64,000 bases of DNA from a virus (lineage: Duplodnaviria > Caudoviricetes), in the IMG/VR virus record IMGVR_UViG_3300032038_000016, positions 32,001 through 96,000 of that record, one strand, 5' to 3'. This document shows positions 8,696 to 17,769 of the stretch, piece after piece; the first letter of the stretch is position 1, and each line of letters begins with the position of its first letter. The notes below the pieces were generated by a model that was not told the DNA's origin, searched no databases, and worked only from the letters and a program-made list of their open reading frames with translations. A program made the translations under genes and the position numbers.

Positions 8696-10407
8696 TGGCC
8701 CACCTTCTTTTCGTTGTCATCATCATTTTTCTTTTTATTTGTCACAACATCACGAGATTCAAGGTTTTCATCTAATTTGGATGCTTTCTTTTCACTCTTC
8801 TTGGATTGTTTATCTAACTTTTCTTGAGTTGCAGAATTGCGTTTACCCAGGCCATAGTCGATACAAACCCATCTGTTTTTATCAGAAGACCACATAACAT
8901 TCCCATCATTAAAGTCGGAGATCACTAATCTTAATTCTGGATGACGTTTTGTGAAATCGGCATACTTCTGTTTTATTTCATTCAGAATCAATAAGTCGGG
9001 ATGTTTTCCGACACGATCCACAACACGTTCCATTGCAACAATTGCATCTTCATAATAGGAATTTGTAATCATTGCGGAAATGTCAATCATCTCTTGTTCT
9101 TTAGAGCGTTTTAAGAATTCTGCAAAACGAATCTCATTCTTGTTTGATGTGATACCAATACCACTAATCGCAATCTTTAAGATTTCTTTCTTATTATCAA
9201 TTGGGAAGAAAATACAACGAGTCTGTCCTGCAACCGGTTTGTATGTTGCTGCACTTCCACGAATCTGTTCATTTGCAATTAACCATGTATTGTATGCAAT
9301 ATACTTTGGTGGAATGCCATTCTGCACACATTCATACACAAACTTGGATAATACGTCACGATCATCAATAGAGTTCATATATTTCAAATCAATCAAATGC
9401 ACATTTTGCATTGCGTTTGTTAATGACGTTAAACCAAATTGAATATGTTCTGTGATGGATACGAGATTATTTAATGAATCAATCACACGAGAATCTACAT
9501 CATCCAAATTGTTATTACCATTCTGAGTAAAGTCTAGCATCTCTTCCAACTTATTAACTCTTGATTGGAATGCTGTTAATTCTTTCATTGTCATTTTTGT
9601 GTGTGATAAATCACGTAATGCATTTGTTTTTGCATCTGCTTTCTTCATTAATGTTCTAACTTTTTTGTGATAATCCATTGGATCCAAATCACCATTATTA
9701 TTCACAAATTTAAAACCTTGAACAATTAATTCTACAAACTCATCCATTTCACTTGGATTCTTTACAAAGAAAATTAATGCATTGGTATAAACAAATAATG
9801 ATGCGGTTGCTTTTACACCTTCGCCTTTATCTGCAATGGCATGTGCTTTTCCTTTATCATCTTTTACATAGTTAACACCCATCAAATCAATCATAAAGGA
9901 ATCATCATCATTAAATTCTTCAATCAAATATGCAGAATTGATTAATTCGATTTCTGATTGTGTTTCTTTTCCTTTGAATGGTAACTTCACACGTGCTTCT
10001 GATTCTGCTAACTTCTTATTTGGATCAAGCTTTTTACGTAATGCTTCATGTGCAATCGCAGAGGCACTTTTCTTTGCACCACTTTTTCGAAACTTACCAC
10101 TCATTCCTTGCATGACATCTTTTACATGTCCTAACAATGTTTTGATAACGGTAATATTTCTTTTGGATAAGGAACGCAATCTCATGAACAGATTTCCACT
10201 TTTTCTTTTTACTGTGGATAAAGCTTTTCCAATTCCTTCTTGGTATAAAATGTCAACTGGTTCCCGATGATGCTTGATACAAAGATCCAAGTATTCCCAT
10301 TCCTTATAAGATTCCATCACCATCTGTTCCAGAATCTTTTGTTGGGAACGTAATTTTGTTTCTTCCAATTCATCAACTTTTTCCATGATTAAATCTTCAA
10401 TCTTCAT
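8692..10407 (-). CDS. shared-leader protein with C-terminal protein-kinase-like domain (paralog of 7070-8695)
   Basis: GQTR, ILKIA, NKNE, AMERV, SDFNDGN, CIDYG; leader ends ILYQE|G. Confidence 0.75.
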   Translation of the reverse strand: MKIEDLIMEKVDELEETKLRSQQKILEQMVMESYKEWEYLDLCIKHHREPVDILYQEGIGKALSTVKRKSGNLFMRLRSLSKRNITVIKTLLGHVKDVMQGMSGKFRKSGAKKSASAIAHEALRKKLDPNKKLAESEARVKLPFKGKETQSEIELINSAYLIEEFNDDDSFMIDLMGVNYVKDDKGKAHAIADKGEGVKATASLFVYTNALIFFVKNPSEMDEFVELIVQGFKFVNNNGDLDPMDYHKKVRTLMKKADAKTNALRDLSHTKMTMKELTAFQSRVNKLEEMLDFTQNGNNNLDDVDSRVIDSLNNLVSITEHIQFGLTSLTNAMQNVHLIDLKYMNSIDDRDVLSKFVYECVQNGIPPKYIAYNTWLIANEQIRGSAATYKPVAGQTRCIFFPIDNKKEILKIAISGIGITSNKNEIRFAEFLKRSKEQEMIDISAMITNSYYEDAIVAMERVVDRVGKHPDLLILNEIKQKYADFTKRHPELRLVISDFNDGNVMWSSDKNRWVCIDYGLGKRNSATQEKLDKQSKKSEKKASKLDENLESRDVVTNKKKNDDDNEKKVGQ

Positions 10408-10413
10408 GTCTCA

Positions 10414-12606
10414 TCACCTCTTCTTTTTCATATGATAAGATTCCGTTACAAGAATGCCATTATTCAGAATCAAGTTTTGAACATGTTTATCCAAATCACC
10501 AGATTCACCCGGATCGAATGTTGTTTTATTATAATCATCCTTGATATTCGTCTTTTCAATATTGGAATAATTTTTAACGATCCATTCACAATATTTCTTT
10601 TGTTCGGGTGAAATCTTTTCTTTGCCACTTAAAATTTTTTTTGCAATTTGATATGCAGCATAATTGCGTTCACCAAATGTTGGATATGATGATAACGTAA
10701 ACTGTCTTAATTCTTTTTCCAATTCACTTAAGTATTTTAATTTATCTTCTGAAATATCATTTGCGGTAAATTCACGTTTGTTATAGCCGTATGTGAAAGA
10801 TAATGGTAAATTGTACATACCAGCAAACATATCACAATAGTATTCTTCTTTGTTTGCCCGATTCAAATAATCAGCGTAAGCTTGAGCTAATGCGGCATCC
10901 GCTTTATTTGGTAATAATTTGATCATGGGTAATCCGATGACTGAACCAACACCGGTACAACATAATGCAGAAGCCAAACGATTTAGCATTCTCGAACCTT
11001 TAGGATTCTTGAGATATTTATTACCCTTCTTAACAGAATCGGGTATCTTCTTTTCATATTCTTTCAAAGCCTTCTCATATTGAATGATCAAAGCCTCTAC
11101 TTGGCGATCTGCTTCACTCAATGATTTAGACTCTAATGCAGATTCTACTTTATCTAATTCTTGTTTATTATTTGCTAATGCGGAAATGTAACAAAGTTTC
11201 TTTACTAACTTTTTCTTTTCCATACGATTCAAGTCTTTACCATCAACAGATACTGTGTCGGAAAACATTTCAAAGATCTTACGTCTTTCTTCCGCATTTT
11301 CTGTTGACAATGCCATTGTCATTGCAGAAGTAGAAGTGTAGATAAACATATTTGTTCGACAACGAATTGCATTGACAATGTTATGGAATATTTCATGACA
11401 AAGTGATGCGCACATGAATTGACCAAACAGATCTTTATCGGTGTTCTTTTGCATCTCTTCGTCAATCGCATTATTCACACATACAATTGTAATTGGTAAT
11501 CCATTTAACTGGAAACCTTTTGATTTTGATACATAGATTTTGTCAACGTGATGATGATCAAATGTGTATGTAAACAAAGCATTTGTATTTTCTGTTGAAT
11601 CTTTAAAATGAATTGCTAATTTACAATCGAATTGTTTTTCCAAACAATTGATTCCCTCTTTGTAATGAGGAGATGAAACAAACTTAGTTAAATTCATTTC
11701 ACCTTTACCAGCTTCTTTTTGTTCATCACGAGCTTTGTTAAAGCATTGAATTGCTTTTGTAATGTATGTATTATCAAACTTCATATGCTTGACATCTTCT
11801 GGATTTACCTTCGCTTTTTGATCTTCAATTTCTTCTTCTAATGTAAATGATTCTGTTGGACGAACAAAATCAAATCCTTGTTCTTGTAATAATTCATATC
11901 CAAGAAAATCAGTATCATGATAATGTGACATTAAATCAATATGAAATGCACTTTCTTGAATATCAGAAGAAACATCTGTTGGAGTTGGTTCATTAGAATT
12001 CATGGTCTTTTCATCGATATTAGCATCTGTTTTTAACTCAATATCATCTTCTTCATTGAAGTATCCATTCTTCTTTCTTGTCATCGCTTCTGGATTATAC
12101 ATCGGAACCTTCATGGCATTTTTTAATTCATCTGCTTTGAGATGTGCTTCCTTTGTATTTGCCATATCCATTAATCCAGAATCATATACAAGAATTTCGT
12201 CTCCATTAGAATCTAAGTATCGGCCAATGACTTTCCCTTTGGCGGGGTTTGCATTTGTTGCGATATGATGTTCTTCTCTTCCTAATTTTGTTTCTATATC
12301 ATGTCTCTCATCTAATTTATCATTAATACGTTGAGAGATATGATCCAACACACCACCGATGGAACAAACAATTGCTTTCGTGTTCGGACGGACATCTGGT
12401 GGTGACATAATTTTATCATCGACTACCTTTAATGATGTTAATCCAGGTTGTGCCATGATATGTGTTGGGGCAATACCATACATTGCCCCAACACATTCTA
12501 ATGCAGTGATCATATCTGGTGATTCCGATACAATCTTTTTGATTTTGGATTTTGCTGTTTCATTAAAGGAATCGATATCAATTGTATCTACTTGATATTG
12601 TTCCAT
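10414..12606 (-). CDS. putative virion protein with zincin metallopeptidase motif
   Basis: LCHEIFH (HExxH) plus distal EEYYCDMFA; several x-x-E|S/T putative maturation sites. Confidence 0.6.
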   Translation of the reverse strand: MEQYQVDTIDIDSFNETAKSKIKKIVSESPDMITALECVGAMYGIAPTHIMAQPGLTSLKVVDDKIMSPPDVRPNTKAIVCSIGGVLDHISQRINDKLDERHDIETKLGREEHHIATNANPAKGKVIGRYLDSNGDEILVYDSGLMDMANTKEAHLKADELKNAMKVPMYNPEAMTRKKNGYFNEEDDIELKTDANIDEKTMNSNEPTPTDVSSDIQESAFHIDLMSHYHDTDFLGYELLQEQGFDFVRPTESFTLEEEIEDQKAKVNPEDVKHMKFDNTYITKAIQCFNKARDEQKEAGKGEMNLTKFVSSPHYKEGINCLEKQFDCKLAIHFKDSTENTNALFTYTFDHHHVDKIYVSKSKGFQLNGLPITIVCVNNAIDEEMQKNTDKDLFGQFMCASLCHEIFHNIVNAIRCRTNMFIYTSTSAMTMALSTENAEERRKIFEMFSDTVSVDGKDLNRMEKKKLVKKLCYISALANNKQELDKVESALESKSLSEADRQVEALIIQYEKALKEYEKKIPDSVKKGNKYLKNPKGSRMLNRLASALCCTGVGSVIGLPMIKLLPNKADAALAQAYADYLNRANKEEYYCDMFAGMYNLPLSFTYGYNKREFTANDISEDKLKYLSELEKELRQFTLSSYPTFGERNYAAYQIAKKILSGKEKISPEQKKYCEWIVKNYSNIEKTNIKDDYNKTTFDPGESGDLDKHVQNLILNNGILVTESYHMKKKR

Positions 12607-12632
12607 TCATAACACACCTTTCTGGTGAATTT

Positions 12633-15600
12633 TTATGCCTCAGCTAAAATAGTATGACCTACTGGAATATTCATCCCAGTTGATGGCTGCTTTGACTTAG
12701 ATGTTTTTTCTAATGTTGGTTCTTTCTTTTCCTTTGTGGTGGGTTGTTTAGAAACCCTTTCTTCCTTTGTGTGATGTTGACCCTTGAATACTGTGATTGT
12801 ATCACGATAAAGATTATAACTTACCATGTAGAATTTGTTTTGCAATGCATTTGTAAAAGCCGATGTGTATTCATTAGATATTTCCATAACCGATTTCAGT
12901 AATGCTTGTGCTTGTGCTAATTTTCTTTGCGTTATGGTATTTTCTGTTAATGGATCCCAATTTGGTGCTATTCCACCATTGTATTCATATGAGGTATATT
13001 GCTCCAGATCTCGTGTATCATTTATCATTCTTGATGATATGTGATTGATTTCTTCTTTTAATAGTGCAATGGATTTATTTAAATCCTCTGATACAAGTTT
13101 AGATATAATTTCAAGAGCTTTTCCTGAATCCAACAAATTATCTACTAATTCATCCCATAATTCAACGGATAATTCTTTTGCCGGTTCTGGTTTGTCAGTT
13201 GTTCCATATAAGAAATAATTTGATAATAGTTTTGCATTATTAGTAAGATTCTCTTTGTCAGCAATATTTCTGGCAGTTATTTCTTCAGCTGTTTCAACAT
13301 TTTCTGCTGTTTTTGCAGTAATTTCTTTTGCCATTGCCTGTAATTTAGACATTGCAGTGTTTTCTCGATAATCATTAGCATCACCCTGGAATACCTTAAT
13401 CCATCGATCCGGTGCTAATAATGCACCAGTGCTTACATCATTTGGTGATCCTGATGATCTGTTAGTGACTTCAACACCGGCTGCATGCAATGCCGCGATA
13501 ACGATTGATGAACACACATAACTGTTTCTAACATCTTTTGGTGCCCCTTTTGTATCTAATTTTTTATCAGTTTTGAAGAATGATTTTGCAATTTCTGCCC
13601 ATGAGTATTTAACTTTTTCAACATTTGCCCGAAGATCATGTAAAAATTTATTCAATTTTTCATATGATTCTTGAGTTAACCATGCTCCATATACAATAAT
13701 TGAAGATTGTTGAACTGGTTCATTTTCTTCTGATCCGTAATAATCAGGTGCTAATTTTCTACCATGTTTTGGTCCGCCTTCTGCTGTAATTACAACTTCA
13801 TGCGGTGCATTTTTTGGTCTTTTTGTGATATTATCATTTTTCGTAACCATTGCTGGTATTGCATCTTTTGCAATATTAGAAAATGGAGTAATTGAATAAC
13901 ATAATTCCAATTTCGGATCCAAGGATATTACACAATGAGAAACAGAACTACCGGTCGCCATCAAAATTCCTTTTGTGACTTTTGATTCTTTTTCTGTTAT
14001 ATCATGATTGTGTAAAATTACAAACACTGGGTGTTTGTCGGATGTGTCAAAAGATTCTGTGAATATTGTTTGATTTTCTATTTTTCGCGAAAAATATTCA
14101 GCAATAGCTTCATTATTTTCACCTTGATTCGTTTTATTGTCTTCCGGTTTTGATGTTGGTAATAACTCCTTCTGTTTATTTTCATCAGGTTTCGGTTTTG
14201 GACTTGTTGATTTGTCACCACTAAGTTTGCCAATAACTTCGTCTGGATAATACATTTTTTTCAATTCAAATGTTGTTGGTACATCATTAGTATTTCCACT
14301 ATCTATGCAATGTTTTATTATATCAAACATTTTCTTTTTGGTAATATTCTTGACTTGCAATTTGAATCTCGGCCAACCAACAATTGTTGGTTTAAATTTA
14401 CCAGCTTTGATTGCTTCACTAATTTGGTGATTTAATTCGGAATTCTTTTTAACAAATTCAATTTCTTGTTTATGATTCTTTGCGAACGAAATACCAAGTT
14501 TGGATAATGTATTCTGAATCCATGAAATGAACTTATTAATCATTCTCTTGATCCATTCGATGAGTTTCTTAATGTGCTCTTTAATTGTTTTTGCTTTACC
14601 AGAAGAAACACTCGGCTTTTCTTTCTTTTCCTTTGAACTATTACTATCAGAAGCTTCCATAACAAATGTATGGAATTCTTCAATTTCAAACGGTGTAAAG
14701 AAAGATTCGGTATACATATAACCAGGAGCATCTACATCATCCATATTATCAGATGCAATGATTGTCATATGATTTGTATATAATTTAATCATAGCGCGAG
14801 TCATAATCTCACCCAATACAGCAAGAATATCACGAACCATTTCCCAGTTATTCATTCCACATGCACCATATGATTCACAAATGCTTTTCATTAAATGTGC
14901 AATCTTGATGATATGTTCACTCAATTCTTCTTTTGTTGTAAGATCCTTTTCGGTGAACATACGGTACAACATTTCGAGTGTTTGTTGAATGGGATGACGA
15001 TGATCATTTCCTACCGCATCTTCACCACGATAATCTCCATCGATAAATGTGTTACCATAAGCAATCTTATCCAACCAATTCACATCGGTATGGAAATCAG
15101 TTTCATGAAGTTTATTGTTCAATTCGTCATAATTCATTTCGATACCACAGTGACCATTCATGAACATCTTGCAAATCATCATACCATCCAATCCATTGAT
15201 TACTTCGGAAGGATGTCCATAACGATACAACATTTGGGCAATTGGTGAACGAGTATCTGTTGTGATAAACTCAATTGCGGACACAGTATCCTTGAAATGT
15301 GGATGCATATCTTGCAATACAATATTTCTCATATTGATATCGAATGGGAGTTTTGATGTACATCTCATGGTGTTTGTTTTTAATAAGCAACATTCTGTGA
15401 CAACATTTCCACCCTTTTCCAAACGTTTTGATTTAGAACGTTCAGCAAAAGCTCTCATTCTCTCCATTACATCTTCTTCATCATATTCATCATATGTACC
15501 AGAGTAAACATGTTCAAACATATTCATCTTTGTCATGACAGACTTTTCAAAATCTCCAGGAGCTGGATAATTCTTTTCAGTAACATTAATGTTTGCATGT

Positions 15601-16823
15601 TTCAGAATCTCATTGACAAATGTGGAACAAATTTGATGTGATGATTTACGATTAACTGGTTTATCATCATTAAACAATTGACGAATCACAGAACCGATGG
15701 AATATTTTGTTTTTGGTGCATTCTTAATTTCATCTGCATATTTCTTCATTAACTTATATTGATCTTCTGTGACATATGCACCGTATACTGTGAATTCAAC
15801 ACCTTTGTGATGATCATTTCCCATATCATCCATACGGAAACCATTATCACTTTTTGTGTCTTCATTTAATGGATTTGACATACCGAATGAATACACTTTT
15901 CTTAATGAAGGATCAAATGATAATCCAGCATGAGAGAATCTACTCATGGTATGTTTCTTCACTTGCTTAGAAACCCATTCAGTGCCTTCTGTTAATACAA
16001 TATAAATATCATGTGATTTTGTTAAATCAACAGATTCTGTGACAACATCATCATCCACATTTTCATCCGGAATCAAATTGTTTGTATCATACTTTGATTT
16101 CCCATCCATTAACCTGGTATCAAATGTTGACTTGGGGACACAGAAAAAGATCATGTTACTCATGATAACTGTATTCATCATGATTGTAAACAAAATGAAT
16201 TCTTCAATGTATGTTTGAATGACTTTCTGTTCAAGATATGGCATTGATGCAAATTCTGTTTGATTCATCAAATTTGGTAAACCTTCGATGATCTTCTGGA
16301 TGTTTGTTGAGAAATGCATATCTGCGATTGTTTTATAATCATCTTTAATTGCCTTGGCTCTTTGTTGCATTTCGTACTTGGATACAACAGTTGTATGATA
16401 GAAATCATTTTCACATAACACAAGCAAATCTTTCAATGTCATGTTGTCTGTGGTATAGTTGTATAATCCATAAATAGAGGAATGCTCAATAGGAACACAA
16501 CTGTGATCAATCATGAATTGCTTTACAGACATTACAGAGAATTTCTCTAAGTCAGCAATCTGTGGATGAATCATGTGACTGTGCAATACCTTGATTAGGT
16601 TTGATGTGTATGTTGCAATATCGGATGGAGTGATATAACGAAATTTGTATAAGTTGTTGCAAATACCATAATCTTCTTTGCATTCATTTTTCCCAGCATT
16701 GATACTTGTTAATTCTTTAAACACACGATCGTATGCTTTCAAAGCAAGTGTCACTTCATTTGGAAATTCGTGACTAAATGCAAACTCTCGCTTTGGAATA
16801 TCAGTTGGCTTTTTTGTTTGCAT
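12633..16823 (-). CDS. large putative virion protein with two permuted papain-like (YiiX/YaeF, NlpC/P60-related) domains
   Basis: Domain 1: FSHAGLS...KYS...ICSTFV. Domain 2: VSHCVIS...KYS...VCSSIV. Both have His before Cys. Confidence 0.65.
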   Translation of the reverse strand: MQTKKPTDIPKREFAFSHEFPNEVTLALKAYDRVFKELTSINAGKNECKEDYGICNNLYKFRYITPSDIATYTSNLIKVLHSHMIHPQIADLEKFSVMSVKQFMIDHSCVPIEHSSIYGLYNYTTDNMTLKDLLVLCENDFYHTTVVSKYEMQQRAKAIKDDYKTIADMHFSTNIQKIIEGLPNLMNQTEFASMPYLEQKVIQTYIEEFILFTIMMNTVIMSNMIFFCVPKSTFDTRLMDGKSKYDTNNLIPDENVDDDVVTESVDLTKSHDIYIVLTEGTEWVSKQVKKHTMSRFSHAGLSFDPSLRKVYSFGMSNPLNEDTKSDNGFRMDDMGNDHHKGVEFTVYGAYVTEDQYKLMKKYADEIKNAPKTKYSIGSVIRQLFNDDKPVNRKSSHQICSTFVNEILKHANINVTEKNYPAPGDFEKSVMTKMNMFEHVYSGTYDEYDEEDVMERMRAFAERSKSKRLEKGGNVVTECCLLKTNTMRCTSKLPFDINMRNIVLQDMHPHFKDTVSAIEFITTDTRSPIAQMLYRYGHPSEVINGLDGMMICKMFMNGHCGIEMNYDELNNKLHETDFHTDVNWLDKIAYGNTFIDGDYRGEDAVGNDHRHPIQQTLEMLYRMFTEKDLTTKEELSEHIIKIAHLMKSICESYGACGMNNWEMVRDILAVLGEIMTRAMIKLYTNHMTIIASDNMDDVDAPGYMYTESFFTPFEIEEFHTFVMEASDSNSSKEKKEKPSVSSGKAKTIKEHIKKLIEWIKRMINKFISWIQNTLSKLGISFAKNHKQEIEFVKKNSELNHQISEAIKAGKFKPTIVGWPRFKLQVKNITKKKMFDIIKHCIDSGNTNDVPTTFELKKMYYPDEVIGKLSGDKSTSPKPKPDENKQKELLPTSKPEDNKTNQGENNEAIAEYFSRKIENQTIFTESFDTSDKHPVFVILHNHDITEKESKVTKGILMATGSSVSHCVISLDPKLELCYSITPFSNIAKDAIPAMVTKNDNITKRPKNAPHEVVITAEGGPKHGRKLAPDYYGSEENEPVQQSSIIVYGAWLTQESYEKLNKFLHDLRANVEKVKYSWAEIAKSFFKTDKKLDTKGAPKDVRNSYVCSSIVIAALHAAGVEVTNRSSGSPNDVSTGALLAPDRWIKVFQGDANDYRENTAMSKLQAMAKEITAKTAENVETAEEITARNIADKENLTNNAKLLSNYFLYGTTDKPEPAKELSVELWDELVDNLLDSGKALEIISKLVSEDLNKSIALLKEEINHISSRMINDTRDLEQYTSYEYNGGIAPNWDPLTENTITQRKLAQAQALLKSVMEISNEYTSAFTNALQNKFYMVSYNLYRDTITVFKGQHHTKEERVSKQPTTKEKKEPTLEKTSKSKQPSTGMNIPVGHTILAEA

Positions 16824-16881
16824 AATATATTCTCCTTTGCATTATAATTTTTATCTATATAAAAATAGTATATAGACAAAG

Positions 16882-16894
16882 TTAACATCTCGTT
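16882..16894 (-). promoter_or_regulatory. putative late promoter AACG-N6-TAA
   Basis: AACGAGATGTTAA heading the leftward 16823-5731 operon. Confidence 0.5.
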
Positions 16895-16914
16895 TGGTGG
16901 CCATACGGCCACCA
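16895..16914. other. GC hairpin between divergent promoters
   Basis: TGGTGGCC-ATAC-GGCCACCA. Confidence 0.6.
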
Positions 16915-16962
16915 TCCATTATCTTAATTTTCATATTAAATATGTTCCGTGTTTAATCCAGC

Positions 16963-16975
16963 AACGAAAAGCTAA
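16963..16975 (+). promoter_or_regulatory. putative late promoter AACG-N6-TAA
   Basis: AACGAAAAGCTAA heading the rightward head operon. Confidence 0.5.
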
Positions 16976-17010
16976 AACCTTTCATGATGAAGAAGGGTGG
17001 TGATTTGCAT

Positions 17011-17754
17011 ATGCGCAACACACGATGTCTTTTTTGTAACAGAATCTTTGATGACAAACATGCATATTGTCATCACATCGCATACAAACATAATGATCAA
17101 ATTCCGGAAGAAAATGAACCATTAGAATTTGCATATTCATTGTTGGTTCATAAACCAATTGGAAGATTGTGTTTGATGTGTCGGAAAAACCTTGTTCACT
17201 TTAATAAAGAGACATTGAAGTATGAGAGGTTGTGTGAAAATCCCGCATGTAAAGAAGCATATGTGCACCAAATGAAACAACGTATGGTGAATGTTTATGG
17301 AAAAGAACATCTGTTGAATGATGCAGATATGCAGCGTAAGATGATCTTTAACCATCCACAAGCTCGTGATTATGTTTGGGATTCAACGCACAAATTCAGA
17401 GTCATTGGTTCATATGAATCCAATTTCTTAGATGAGTTAAAAAGCTTGGACTGGAGTCCGGATGATGTCATCGCTCCATCTCCAAACAATTATTGGTACA
17501 AGTGGAAAGATGGGTCGACCCATCTTTACATTCCTGATTTTTTTATTCCGTCATTATCATTGGAAGTTGAAATCAAGGAAAGTGATAACACACATCCACG
17601 TATGGAACATTCTCGAGAAATTGAATATTTAAAAGATGCACGAATGGCTGTTGAAATGAAAAAGACCAGTATCAACTACATTAAGATTGTCGATAAGAAA
17701 TATGAAGAATTCTTAGAGACATATGTTCAGTCTGATACAAATAAACCTGAGTAA
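17011..17754 (+). CDS. Zn-finger plus PD-(D/E)xK nuclease (TnsA/head-completion-like)
   Basis: CLFC..H..H and CLMC..C..C; GSYE..F, YIPDFF, EVEIK motifs. Confidence 0.65.
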   Translation: MRNTRCLFCNRIFDDKHAYCHHIAYKHNDQIPEENEPLEFAYSLLVHKPIGRLCLMCRKNLVHFNKETLKYERLCENPACKEAYVHQMKQRMVNVYGKEHLLNDADMQRKMIFNHPQARDYVWDSTHKFRVIGSYESNFLDELKSLDWSPDDVIAPSPNNYWYKWKDGSTHLYIPDFFIPSLSLEVEIKESDNTHPRMEHSREIEYLKDARMAVEMKKTSINYIKIVDKKYEEFLETYVQSDTNKPE

Positions 17755-17769
17755 AGGAGAGATATCACA

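Noticed and set aside
17011-17754. Transposase or homing endonuclease mobile element
   Set aside because: No terminal repeats or interrupted host gene; it heads a structural operon.
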